In this document: positions 9,408 to 17,500 of the stretch, in pieces
Numbering within the stretch: position 1 is the stretch's first letter
Layout: every line of letters starts with the position of its first letter
IMG/VR virus record: IMGVR_UViG_3300036819_000331
Span: 26,588-90,587 of that record
Strand: one strand, 5' to 3'
Length of the DNA stretch: 64,000 nt
From: a virus
Translations under genes and position numbers: made by a program
Notes under the pieces: model-generated
The model's database searches: none
What the model saw: the letters and a program-made list of their open reading frames with translations, nothing else
Told to the model about the DNA's origin: nothing

Positions 9408-9790
9408 ACCCCCTCCTCGCCCGCGAGGGCCTTGGCAAGATTACGGATTGCGCCGCGCATTGCAGGGGAAAGCCTTGCCAGAATACGGACGGTCTCAAGG
9501 CGCATGCGCTCGCTCATGTCGGTGGCGGGTTTTTCCGGCGCAGGAGCATCATCGGCGCAGGCTTCGTTAATGAGTTGCTGGCACGTCGTACCGAGTTCCG
9601 AAGCAATCTTTACGAGGGTTTCCACGGATATCCTGTTGATTCCCCTTTCGTATTTCTGCTGTTGCTGAAATGTCACACCCAGCTTGTCGCCAACGGCCTG
9701 CTGCGAGAGGCCAGCCGCGACACGTCGCGCGCGCACGGCAGCACCGAGCCGTTTATTGAAGGGGGTGGGGTCGGAAGTGGTCATAGTCAT
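9404..9790 (-). CDS. XRE-family HTH regulator
   Basis: LGAAVRARR..GLSQ..LGVTFQQQQKYERGINRIS. Confidence 0.9.
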   Translation of the reverse strand: MTMTTSDPTPFNKRLGAAVRARRVAAGLSQQAVGDKLGVTFQQQQKYERGINRISVETLVKIASELGTTCQQLINEACADDAPAPEKPATDMSERMRLETVRILARLSPAMRGAIRNLAKALAGEEGV

Positions 9791-10026
9791 TCTCCATGGC
9801 TGTCGGGTTGGCGGGATTCGTAGTCGATGGGCTTTATGCAATCGTCGAGCTTTGCGCCTTCTACGAGCGGGGCCACGATCTTCATGCGCCTAGGCTTGCT
9901 CGCCATGTAGCGTTCACCGGTGCTGACGATCTCGCGCTGCTCCCACTCGCGCCAGCAATCGGGGCAACGACCGTTCTCATCGAGCGGAGCATGGGGGCAC
10001 ATCGGGCATGTGGCGGGTTCCGTCAT
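9787..10026 (-). CDS. small Zn-finger-like protein
   Basis: CPMC...CPDC; ATGA coupling. Confidence 0.55.
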   Translation of the reverse strand: MTEPATCPMCPHAPLDENGRCPDCWREWEQREIVSTGERYMASKPRRMKIVAPLVEGAKLDDCIKPIDYESRQPDSHGE

Positions 10027-10157
10027 ATGCTCTTCCCTCCAGACTTGACCACCAGCACCGCAACCGCTGGCATAGCCACGAGGAAGCTGATGGTTGCTCC
10101 CGCGAGGAATGCAATGGCGTGGTCGGCGCGGGCGGGATCTTTGTGGTCGGGCATCAT
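10023..10157 (-). CDS. small membrane protein
   Basis: Single TM; ATGA coupling. Confidence 0.5.
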   Translation of the reverse strand: MMPDHKDPARADHAIAFLAGATISFLVAMPAVAVLVVKSGGKSI

Positions 10158-10339
10158 GGCTTGCGCCTCCGTAATCCCAGAATTCGTAGAATCCATCCCG
10201 CATAGACCAGTGGCCAAAGGAACAGGATTCCGATCAACGTTTCTGCATCCTCTATCTGGGCCGGGACTGCGCGTGCAGCCGCCGACATAGTAGCCAGAGA
10301 GCCGCAGGCCCACAGCAGAATAATCAGTGAAATGCTCAT
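10154..10339 (-). CDS. small membrane protein
   Basis: Hydrophobic, LWP motif; ATGA coupling. Confidence 0.55.
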   Translation of the reverse strand: MSISLIILLWACGSLATMSAAARAVPAQIEDAETLIGILFLWPLVYAGWILRILGLRRRKP

Positions 10340-10524
10340 ACCCGCTGCGCCCCCTTACACTGATTTCTCCACCAGGCCGCGAACCCCCCGACATAAACCA
10401 CCGCGGTCCACCATGGCGATATGCCGATCTGATTGCAGAGCTTCGTCATCTCAATGAAGATGGCGAACGCGAGGGCGATGGAGCCGTTCACGAGGGCGAG
10501 GATTTTCATTGCATCGCGGATCAT
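10336..10524 (-). CDS. small membrane protein
   Basis: Two hydrophobic stretches; ATGA coupling. Confidence 0.5.
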   Translation of the reverse strand: MIRDAMKILALVNGSIALAFAIFIEMTKLCNQIGISPWWTAVVYVGGFAAWWRNQCKGAQRV

Positions 10525-10670
10525 GATTGCCCCCAACCCAAAGCCAAGCCAATAAACACGAACGCGGCGATGCCCGTGAAGAGAGCCGCGGTCCCGAGAA
10601 GGCCCTGCGCCAGCTCGCGCCACGAAGGCGGCTCGGATAGGTCGAGTAAATATTGGATGGCGTTACGCAT
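10521..10670 (-). CDS. small membrane protein
   Basis: C-terminal TM; GAGGAG RBS. Confidence 0.55.
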   Translation of the reverse strand: MRNAIQYLLDLSEPPSWRELAQGLLGTAALFTGIAAFVFIGLALGWGQS

Positions 10671-10836
10671 AAGGCTTCTCCTCTTCAAAGTCGGTGTGCT
10701 CCAAGTCATCGAAGGGCATAAGCGCCCGTTCCCCGTTACCGCACCAGTTGCACGGTCCTGAGCAGGTGCCGGTGACGTTCCCGGGCCACGGCGTCCCGGC
10801 GTCGGCGCTGCATTCGCGGCAAATATCAGCCAGCAT
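10663..10836 (-). CDS. small Cys-rich protein
   Basis: CREC...CNWC; AAGGAGG RBS. Confidence 0.55.
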   Translation of the reverse strand: MLADICRECSADAGTPWPGNVTGTCSGPCNWCGNGERALMPFDDLEHTDFEEEKPYA

Positions 10837-11113
10837 GGGCGGCCTCCTTCTCGGCAATTTGAAACGTCATCCCGATCCGGTTGATGTGGGCAACGATGCG
10901 CTGAGCGCCTTCACCGGAAAGCACCGACGGCATTCCTTCGGTCCGCAGCGCGCGCTCCAGGCCGGTGAGGAATCCCCGCTGGAACTTCGGGTCTTTGAAA
11001 TCCTCGGTCATCTGCCCAATCAGCCGCGTCATGTCGCCGCCGACCTGGATCTCCAGCAGCGCGTCATGCAGGGCCTCGACGATGCGCAGCAGTTTTGCGG
11101 TTTCGAGGCTCAT
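10826..11113 (-). CDS. hypothetical protein
   Basis: In operon, ATGA coupling. Confidence 0.55.
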   Translation of the reverse strand: MSLETAKLLRIVEALHDALLEIQVGGDMTRLIGQMTEDFKDPKFQRGFLTGLERALRTEGMPSVLSGEGAQRIVAHINRIGMTFQIAEKEAAHAG

Positions 11114-11346
11114 GCGGCGGCTCCCCTGATGAAGGTTGCGGCGATTCGGCGGATTTCGCACCAGTCGTGGCCGGGGTCGGTCTTTTCGCCGAGCTTGATG
11201 TAAGGTTCGAGACCCGCAGGCTCGACGCCTTTATCGGACATGACCATGAAAAAACAGGACACGTCATGGGACGCGGTGGTGGCGCCGCTCGTGAATTCCG
11301 CGCGGTACGTTTCTTTGGTGGACCGGATGCGTTTGAGGTATTTCAT
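11110..11346 (-). CDS. hypothetical protein
   Basis: In operon, RBS. Confidence 0.55.
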   Translation of the reverse strand: MKYLKRIRSTKETYRAEFTSGATTASHDVSCFFMVMSDKGVEPAGLEPYIKLGEKTDPGHDWCEIRRIAATFIRGAAA

Positions 11347-11349
11347 GCG

Positions 11350-11556
11350 TCAGGCCCTCCCTTCCGGTGGGGTGAAGCTGCTCCATTCGCGATGCCCGGC
11401 GATGGCCTTGCCGTCCACTCCCGCGCGCGCAGCTACGCGGGCGAGGCTTTCCATGATTTCCGGGGTTTCATCGGCGAGGCTGTGCGTGTGCTCCTGCAGG
11501 GCGTGATGCGAGGGGCGGTTTAGCCAGGCGTGGAGGAGATGGGTGAGGGACTGCAT
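11350..11556 (-). CDS. hypothetical protein
   Basis: AGGAG RBS, in operon. Confidence 0.55.
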   Translation of the reverse strand: MQSLTHLLHAWLNRPSHHALQEHTHSLADETPEIMESLARVAARAGVDGKAIAGHREWSSFTPPEGRA

Positions 11557-11574
11557 GGGAACTGCTCCTGCGGG

Positions 11575-12924
11575 TTAATACTGGATGCGGATGTGGGGGA
11601 TCTCGCCTTTGGCGATGGCCTCGACAATACGTCGGGCGAGCGCCTCTTCGGCAACTTCGGCAAACTCATCTTCGCCGCTGACGATTACGGCTCTCAGGAG
11701 GCCGTCAACGACCTCTCCGTTGATCTTTGCGCGGTGTTTCTCGTTAGCCTCGCGTTTGGCTGCGGCTTCAGCCTCCGCCCGCTTTTCAGCCGCAATCCGG
11801 TCGCGTTCGCGCTTCGCCGCGGCTTCCTCGGCTGCTTTCTGGGCAGTTGCCGCCTTCTCCGCCGCGATTCGCGCGTTCTCTTTGGCCTCTGCCTGCGCCG
11901 CAACCCGGTCTTTCTCTGCCTGCGCAGCCCGTGCTTCAGCCTCTTCCTTCTCACGCTTCGCCTTGGCCTCGCGCGCCGCGCCTTCATCGGCCTCGCGTTT
12001 TGCCTTGGCTTCGGCGGCATCCTTCTCGCGCTGAAGGCGCTGACGTTCTGCTTCAGCCTTGGCCTTTTCCGCGGCCACGCGGGCGGCTTCGTTTTCTGCG
12101 GCCTTTCGCGCTTCTTCCTCAGCCAGGAAGCGAGCCTGTTCCGCGGCAGCCCGGGCAATCTTTTCCTCGTGCTCGCGCTGCTTGCGTTCCTCTTCCTCTT
12201 TCCGGAGGCGGGCAAGCTCGGCCTGCTCGGCATCGTCCTTCTGGCGTTTGACGACGGCTGCGGCTATGCTGTCGGTGGCCTGCTCAAGCACCAGCTTTGC
12301 TTTGGCGGAAAACTCTTGCCAGTCAGTCTTGTCCTCCAACATCTCCCGGAGCCGCCGGTTTATCTGCTCGATGGGAGCAGTCTGCCAGTGGACGGCTACA
12401 TCCGCGACATATTGGGCAATCTGAGCGAGGCGAGCCTCATGGGCCGCGACGCGGTCCTTTTCCCGGTTTTCCCAGTCGGTCAGGGGTTGCCGGATTTCCT
12501 TCTGCAGGGCCTCCAGCCGCTCCCATGCGCGGGCACGCTCAAGGTCAACCTTCTTCGCCTGGTCTTTCCAACCGGCAACGAGGTCCTTCCCTGCCTTGTC
12601 GAGGGCGGTCTTGGATTTCGCGATCTTATAGGCAAGCGAGGCAAGATCATCGCGGCCCTTGGCCGTGGAAATATCGACGGCGATGGAGCGGGTTTCCTTC
12701 TCTATGCGGTCGAGAATGGGGTCGAGGCCGTTGGCCGTGAAGATCTGTACGGGGTTGATGGCCTTCGATACGACCAGTTCGAGGCCGCTCAGGGCGTGAG
12801 CCCGCGCTTCGGACCTGTCCTCGGCTTCTGCCATGGCGCGAGACTCTGCGCCCTCGCGTGAGCGGCCTGCGCTTTCGATTGCGTCCATCGTGGCATCGTC
12901 GGAAGAGTGAGCAAGCTTAGACAT
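11575..12924 (-). CDS. conserved phage coiled-coil protein (often labelled TolA-like)
   Basis: D.ST.KGR..IASLAYKIAKSKTALD..GK..VD.ER..L....RQPLTDWE; Ala/Glu/Lys coiled coil; IA.G.IPHI.I.Y end. Confidence 0.85.
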   Translation of the reverse strand: MSKLAHSSDDATMDAIESAGRSREGAESRAMAEAEDRSEARAHALSGLELVVSKAINPVQIFTANGLDPILDRIEKETRSIAVDISTAKGRDDLASLAYKIAKSKTALDKAGKDLVAGWKDQAKKVDLERARAWERLEALQKEIRQPLTDWENREKDRVAAHEARLAQIAQYVADVAVHWQTAPIEQINRRLREMLEDKTDWQEFSAKAKLVLEQATDSIAAAVVKRQKDDAEQAELARLRKEEEERKQREHEEKIARAAAEQARFLAEEEARKAAENEAARVAAEKAKAEAERQRLQREKDAAEAKAKREADEGAAREAKAKREKEEAEARAAQAEKDRVAAQAEAKENARIAAEKAATAQKAAEEAAAKRERDRIAAEKRAEAEAAAKREANEKHRAKINGEVVDGLLRAVIVSGEDEFAEVAEEALARRIVEAIAKGEIPHIRIQY

Positions 12925-13183
12925 AGGCGAGCCTTTCTGATTTAAGTTCGTCAATCTTGGCGTCCGTCGCCTCATCACTGGCCACATTCTCGTGGTACTC
13001 CTCGGAGAATTCCGCAGTGAGGTCGATCTTGTTGGCATCCGTGACGGCAACCGTGAATGCGTAGGTGCTCGCATACTGTTCCGCCGCATCCGCAGCCTCC
13101 GCACGGTCGGTATGCACCCTGTCGTGGGCTTCGGGGCCGAAGAACCCGTTGTGGATGTTGATATAGAGGGTGGTATTTTTCAT
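12917..13183 (-). CDS. hypothetical protein
   Basis: In operon, RBS. Confidence 0.6.
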   Translation of the reverse strand: MKNTTLYINIHNGFFGPEAHDRVHTDRAEAADAAEQYASTYAFTVAVTDANKIDLTAEFSEEYHENVASDEATDAKIDELKSERLAYV

Positions 13184-13193
13184 GATGTTCCCC

Positions 13194-13445
13194 CTACTTC
13201 CCGCGAGAGTCTAAAGCGTCCCAGACAGAATGGGACTTCGCCTGCGCCAGCTGCGTCTCCGCCTCCCTGCGGCGGGTGCGGTGCAGCTCGGGGTGCATCT
13301 GCTTGGCGAAGTGCGTGTAGGCGTTGAAGGCCTCCTCGTCAACGCTGGCGATGCCGTCATCGATGCCTTTCAGATAGAGAGAACTGCCGCCTACTGCCAT
13401 GAGGCAGAGGGCGATTAGGGAGAGTTTGGCTTTGAGATAGTTCAT
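13194..13445 (-). CDS. hypothetical protein, first gene of the leftward early operon
   Basis: Downstream of the OL operators; N-terminal hydrophobic segment. Confidence 0.6.
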   Translation of the reverse strand: MNYLKAKLSLIALCLMAVGGSSLYLKGIDDGIASVDEEAFNAYTHFAKQMHPELHRTRRREAETQLAQAKSHSVWDALDSRGK

Positions 13446-13478
13446 GGTGGGCCTCACTGGTAAGTTGTGAGGCACAAT

Positions 13479-13528
13479 GTTGCACATTCTGAAACATCGC
13501 GCAATCAGAAAGTTTCATAAAATGAAAC
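13479..13528. promoter_or_regulatory. OL: two 17-bp operators GTTKCA-N5-TGAAAC
   Basis: GTTGCAcattcTGAAAC 13479-13495 and GTTTCAtaaaaTGAAAC 13512-13528. Confidence 0.8.
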
Positions 13529-13630
13529 ATCCAAGTAACCCAAAGACTTACTCGGGTGGTCTTGTTGGCAGGCAATGAGATTGAGGGCGAATAAGTGCCG
13601 ATCAGAAGGGCAAGGAGCGCATGGAGGGCG

Positions 13631-13780
13631 CTATGCGTCGTTGTCGTCGGAGGGCACCATGTTGGCCTGCCGATTCCACTCGATCAGAATCGTGAGCATA
13701 GTGACGAACAGAAGGTAAAGTACAAACGCGCCCAGGAGGCTGGCGGCGGCGAACTTCACGATTGCGGCAAGGAACGCCAT
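13631..13780 (-). CDS. 49-aa single-TM protein downstream of cI
   Basis: MAFLAAIVKFAAASLLGAFVLYLLFVTML...; ATG just after the cI stop; below the ORF-track cutoff. Confidence 0.5.
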   Translation of the reverse strand: MAFLAAIVKFAAASLLGAFVLYLLFVTMLTILIEWNRQANMVPSDDNDA

Positions 13781-13782
13781 GA

Positions 13783-14430
13783 CTATGACCGACTTCTTAC
13801 AAATGGCTTAATAAAGATCACTGGAGCACACCACGCCAGCTCGACGTCGGTTATAGTGTCCATGTTATAGCTCTGCAAGTCGAATCTGCCGTGGGTCTGC
13901 CCCTTGCGGACCATCTTCAGAAGCGTGCGGCCGTCCCTCATCTGCACAACGCAAAGGCTGGCCAAGCAGTGGTCCGGCGCTCCGCCGTCATATCGCTGCG
14001 CATAGTAGACGACGGTCCCCTCGGGCATGAACGGGAGCATCGAATTGCCTTTCACCCGGAGGGCCACGATGCCGGTTGAAAAGATGCCGGGCGGCGCTTC
14101 CACCCACTCGCAGTTGATGTATTCCTCATCGGCGGGATCAATCACCTTCGGCATAAGGGGCAGATCGTCCAGCGGGTAAACCTCGCCGCCAGCGCCGACC
14201 TCCCCGACGATTGGGATTCGCAAATCGTTCAGCAGCTCCGAAGGAGTCCAGCCGAATTTTCCGCCAAGCTTGCGCATCCATTCCTCATTCATTCCAATCT
14301 TGCCCGCTTCGAGTTTGGAAATATGCCCACGGTTCGTATTGGTTGCGTCGGCAATATCCTGCTGGGTCAAGCCCAGCGCAGTTCTCAGATGCAGCAAGTT
14401 GTTTGTATAAGGCCCTCTTGTCTTTGCCAT
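13783..14430 (-). CDS. cI: CI-like repressor (XRE HTH + S24 peptidase)
   Basis: HTH LTQQDIA..ISKLEAG; IVGEVGAG cleavage region; VKGNSMLP and LLK catalytic motifs. Confidence 0.9.
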   Translation of the reverse strand: MAKTRGPYTNNLLHLRTALGLTQQDIADATNTNRGHISKLEAGKIGMNEEWMRKLGGKFGWTPSELLNDLRIPIVGEVGAGGEVYPLDDLPLMPKVIDPADEEYINCEWVEAPPGIFSTGIVALRVKGNSMLPFMPEGTVVYYAQRYDGGAPDHCLASLCVVQMRDGRTLLKMVRKGQTHGRFDLQSYNMDTITDVELAWCAPVIFIKPFVRSRS

Positions 14431-14440
14431 GCGCGGCAAG

Positions 14441-14514
14441 GTTTCACTTTCCGCAACATTATTACAGTGCATAGATTGAAACATTTTCTTGACTGAGGTT
14501 GCAAATTATGAAAC
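14441..14514. promoter_or_regulatory. OR: three 17-bp operators and rightward -35 (TTGACT 14489-14494)
   Basis: 14441-14457, 14466-14482 and 14498-14514 match the OL consensus. Confidence 0.8.
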
Positions 14515-14524
14515 ATCAATACCC

Positions 14525-14755
14525 ATGAAGCTGAGAACTTGGATGGACGAGCGAAAGAAGACGCAGGCGGACCTTGCGGAAGCCATCGGCCGCAACAAAA
14601 CGCGTGCAAATCGAATCTACAATGGCGCCATACCGAATGAACAGGAAATGCCCATGATCGAAGCTTGGACGCAAGGGCTCGTCCAGCCGAATGATTTCTT
14701 TGCGCGCGTCGTTCCAGAAAGTGCTGTCGGCGGGGTGGGTCATTGCAATGCCTAA
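14525..14755 (+). CDS. cro: Cro-like HTH protein
   Basis: Divergent from cI; MKL..W...TQADLA..P....I...T.G.V.PNDF. Confidence 0.85.
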   Translation: MKLRTWMDERKKTQADLAEAIGRNKTRANRIYNGAIPNEQEMPMIEAWTQGLVQPNDFFARVVPESAVGGVGHCNA

Positions 14756-14830
14756 TAAATGGTTAAGTAGAGGGTTTGTCTCTTAACGAACGTCCCAAAA
14801 TGGTGCAACAAAAAAAAGTGTGAAGGTTTT

Positions 14831-15421
14831 ATGACGGGCGGCTTAGAAGAATTCCAAACGAGAGCGACAATTCGACGCCATAAGAAGCCGCCCTTGGTTA
14901 TCCGGCAAGTGACACAATGGAACCAGCGCTTCGGAGTCGTATATTTCCTGCGCGAATCCTCAATCGGTCTGATAAAGATCGGCTTCACCAGCGGTGATCC
15001 ACAAAAGAGGCTGGTGAACGTCGCCAACGCTCTGAAGGCAACGGTTAAATGGGTAGGCTATTTCCGCGCGCAGGCCGTCGAAGAGATCGCCGCGCATCAG
15101 CGGTTTCGCCATCTTCATGTTCGCAACGAGTGGTTTCGTCCCGAGGCAGAATTGCTGAAGTGGATGGAAGAAATGAGCCCGATATTTGATGAGGCGTCCG
15201 CGCTGGATGAGCTTTTTGATCTCGCTCTGATTGCCCGTGTGAAAGCCATCACGGCGCGTCAACATCAAGGCAGAATCGATTTTCACGGCCTCATGCGGAA
15301 CGTCGATTACCTCGACTTTATTTTCTGGCTGTGTCGGCGACGAATACCCTCTGCGGAACTTCTGAATGAGGTGCGCGCGACACTTCGGAAACTGGACTCC
15401 CAGGAAAGGGCCGCCGCATGA
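14831..15421 (+). CDS. GIY-YIG (T5orf172/MUG113-like) nuclease family protein
   Basis: VYF..IKIGFT..P.KRL..E..H.RF..V.NEWF. Confidence 0.8.
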   Translation: MTGGLEEFQTRATIRRHKKPPLVIRQVTQWNQRFGVVYFLRESSIGLIKIGFTSGDPQKRLVNVANALKATVKWVGYFRAQAVEEIAAHQRFRHLHVRNEWFRPEAELLKWMEEMSPIFDEASALDELFDLALIARVKAITARQHQGRIDFHGLMRNVDYLDFIFWLCRRRIPSAELLNEVRATLRKLDSQERAAA

Positions 15422-15915
15422 CCCAAACCCCTCCCTCTCCCCAAACCCCTCCCGCTACTGCCCCCCACCGTGCTTCCTCTGATGCTGCTGATAAGCTGCG
15501 GGCAATGGCGGAAGAGGACGGTGCAAAATGCACCATCAGAATCGGCGACGGCCCGGAGATTCCGTTCGATCAAGCTGGTGAGCAGAAGCTGAAGGATCAT
15601 TTCGAGAAAGCTCTGGGTGCCCAAAGCCGCGCTTCCACGCCGCGTACCGGCGGCATCGCAGCCGACCAGCTCCGGTCTGTAATCGAGCGCCTTGAGCGGC
15701 TCCATGAGGAAAAAGCCGGTATCGCCAGCGATATCAAAGACCTCTTTGCGGAAGCAAAAGGTAATGGTCTGGATGTCCCGACGCTGAGGAAGATTCTCAA
15801 GCTCCGCGCGATGGACGCCGCGGAGCGGGATGAGGCGGAGCATTTGCTGCATACCTACTGCGTTGCTTTAGGCCTGCAGCCAGATTTATTCGAAACACAC
15901 GCAGAGGGGGATTAA
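15418..15915 (+). CDS. gapR: GapR (DUF2312) nucleoid-associated protein with N-terminal extension
   Basis: AADQLRSVIERLERLHEEK..I..DIKD.FAEAKGNG.D...R..L.LR..D..ER.E...L.TY..ALG. Confidence 0.9.
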   Translation: MTQTPPSPQTPPATAPHRASSDAADKLRAMAEEDGAKCTIRIGDGPEIPFDQAGEQKLKDHFEKALGAQSRASTPRTGGIAADQLRSVIERLERLHEEKAGIASDIKDLFAEAKGNGLDVPTLRKILKLRAMDAAERDEAEHLLHTYCVALGLQPDLFETHAEGD

Positions 15916-16129
15916 CCGCGATGTAAGCGCGGGCGCAAGTCATGGCGATGTGGGCCTTCACCTGGGCGGCACATCGGAACCGACAAGAGTAGGGCTAGAC
16001 AGCGGCGTAATGGATACAGCGGGTCGGGCTTGCAGGTGGGCGCATTCCCCATAGATGTTCGTGCCGTGCCTACCCACCTCAACCGGGATTGTCCCAATGA
16101 AACGTCACCATTCAAATTTGGAGAAAGCC

Positions 16130-16396
16130 ATGTCCGCACTCGTAGACGCCCTTACCGCCCTCGGCCAGCAGATCGCTGCCCTCAACCCCACCGCCAACGC
16201 CGCCCATCTCGCCACCATCGATGCCCACCTGACGAAGCTCGACACGGAGGAAGGTGCCGACGAAGCCACCATCGCCGATACAACGGCGGCGCTGAATGCA
16301 TTCGTGACCGCCGCCAAGGGCACGTCCTCGGCGTCGGGCGCGAGTTCCGCGAGCGGCACTTCCTCCGCGTCCGGTGCGGCTGCGGCGAAGAGCTGA
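16130..16396 (+). CDS. Ala-rich hypothetical protein with SSASG repeat tail
   Basis: GGAG RBS; typical codon usage. Confidence 0.65.
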   Translation: MSALVDALTALGQQIAALNPTANAAHLATIDAHLTKLDTEEGADEATIADTTAALNAFVTAAKGTSSASGASSASGTSSASGAAAAKS

Positions 16397-16400
16397 TGAA

Positions 16401-16667
16401 TTCCCGAAAGGGAAACGTGCCTATGGCGCTTCTGGGGATACGGCTACCGCTGACAGCCTAAACAGCATCGCTGAGTCGGCGGAGTGAGTCGGATAGAACG
16501 AAGAAGGCTCCCACAGAAGCGCCGCCAAGATAGCAGATAGGCCCCAGGCCATTTAGTCCTGCTATGCCCGCGTCGAGGCCAGAGACGCCGGAGACCAAGC
16601 GCCGTAATGCTGGCCGGTAGCCTCGCCGGTAAAGGGAAGGGCGGTCCTGCTAGCGGGCCGCTCTTCC
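16401..16667 (+). ncRNA. candidate structured non-coding RNA
   Basis: Consecutive hairpins including a 10-bp GGCGCTTCTG/CAGAAGCGCC closing stem; family not recognised. Confidence 0.4.
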
Positions 16668-16709
16668 GGGCCGCGTGCCTACCAACCCCAAACCGAAAGG
16701 AGTCTGCCC

Positions 16710-17024
16710 ATGGATTTCGGAGAAGCAATTAGAACGTTGAAGGCTGGGAAGCGTGTCGCGCGTGCTGGCTGGAACGGCAAAGGCATGTTCTTGTATTACG
16801 TGCCGGCAGCCAGCTATCCGGCTCAGACGGATGTGGCGAAGGAATACTGGAAAGACAAGGCCACGTCTTTCACCGAAACCAACGTCCCCAAGGTTCCCTA
16901 CGTGGCCTATATCGCCATGAAAACCGCACAGGAAAATGTGGTGCCTTGGCTTGCCAGCCAGACTGACGTCCTCGCAGAAGATTGGGAAACCGTGGAGGGC
17001 GCGGCGGCGATGAAAGCCGCATAA
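16710..17024 (+). CDS. DUF2829 / Tad2-like protein
   Basis: M.FG.A...LK.G.RVAR.GWNGKGMF...YI.MKT....VPWLASQTD.LAEDW. Confidence 0.85.
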   Translation: MDFGEAIRTLKAGKRVARAGWNGKGMFLYYVPAASYPAQTDVAKEYWKDKATSFTETNVPKVPYVAYIAMKTAQENVVPWLASQTDVLAEDWETVEGAAAMKAA

Positions 17025-17038
17025 CGAATACCCCCAGA

Positions 17039-17210
17039 GGGAGGTCTGGTACGGCTCGCAAGGCCCCCAGCACCTTTTAGGAACGGTTCTACCGTAGGTC
17101 TTCAGGACGCCTCCCGCACTACACGTGCCCACCCAAGAGACGCCTTCAACAGTCTCGCCCAGAACGAAGACAACGGGCCCACGCCATCCCGGCGATAGAT
17201 CGGGAGGCGC
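17039..17210 (+). ncRNA. candidate structured non-coding RNA
   Basis: Multibranch GGGAGG/CCTCCC element plus three hairpins. Confidence 0.35.
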
Positions 17211-17240
17211 GGGAAGTGACAACCAACAGGGAGCGTGCCC

Positions 17241-17498
17241 ATGGAAATGACCATGTATGAGGAGGCGATCTTCGGCAGAGCCGCGGCTGCGCGCCCTCCA
17301 CAACCGAACGTAATCAAGCTGGCGGTCGATGCGATAGGCCGAGAACACTACCGGCACGATTGGCGCGGCCATTGGATATGGGAAATGGGCCGCTGGACCG
17401 GCCCGCTCAGGCTCGAAGGGCTGATGCGCGCGGCGAATGCGCGCCTGAAGGAGCGGGGAGAGCCGCAGATCACCACCAACCCGATTTGGGAGGTGTAG
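17241..17498 (+). CDS. hypothetical protein
   Basis: AGGGAG RBS. Confidence 0.6.
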   Translation: MEMTMYEEAIFGRAAAARPPQPNVIKLAVDAIGREHYRHDWRGHWIWEMGRWTGPLRLEGLMRAANARLKERGEPQITTNPIWEV

Positions 17499-17500
17499 CC

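Noticed and set aside
16393-16416. Hammerhead ribozyme (CTGATGA...GAAAC)
   Set aside because: CTGATGA is the stop-codon region of the upstream ORF; stem II geometry does not fit and no stems I/III were found
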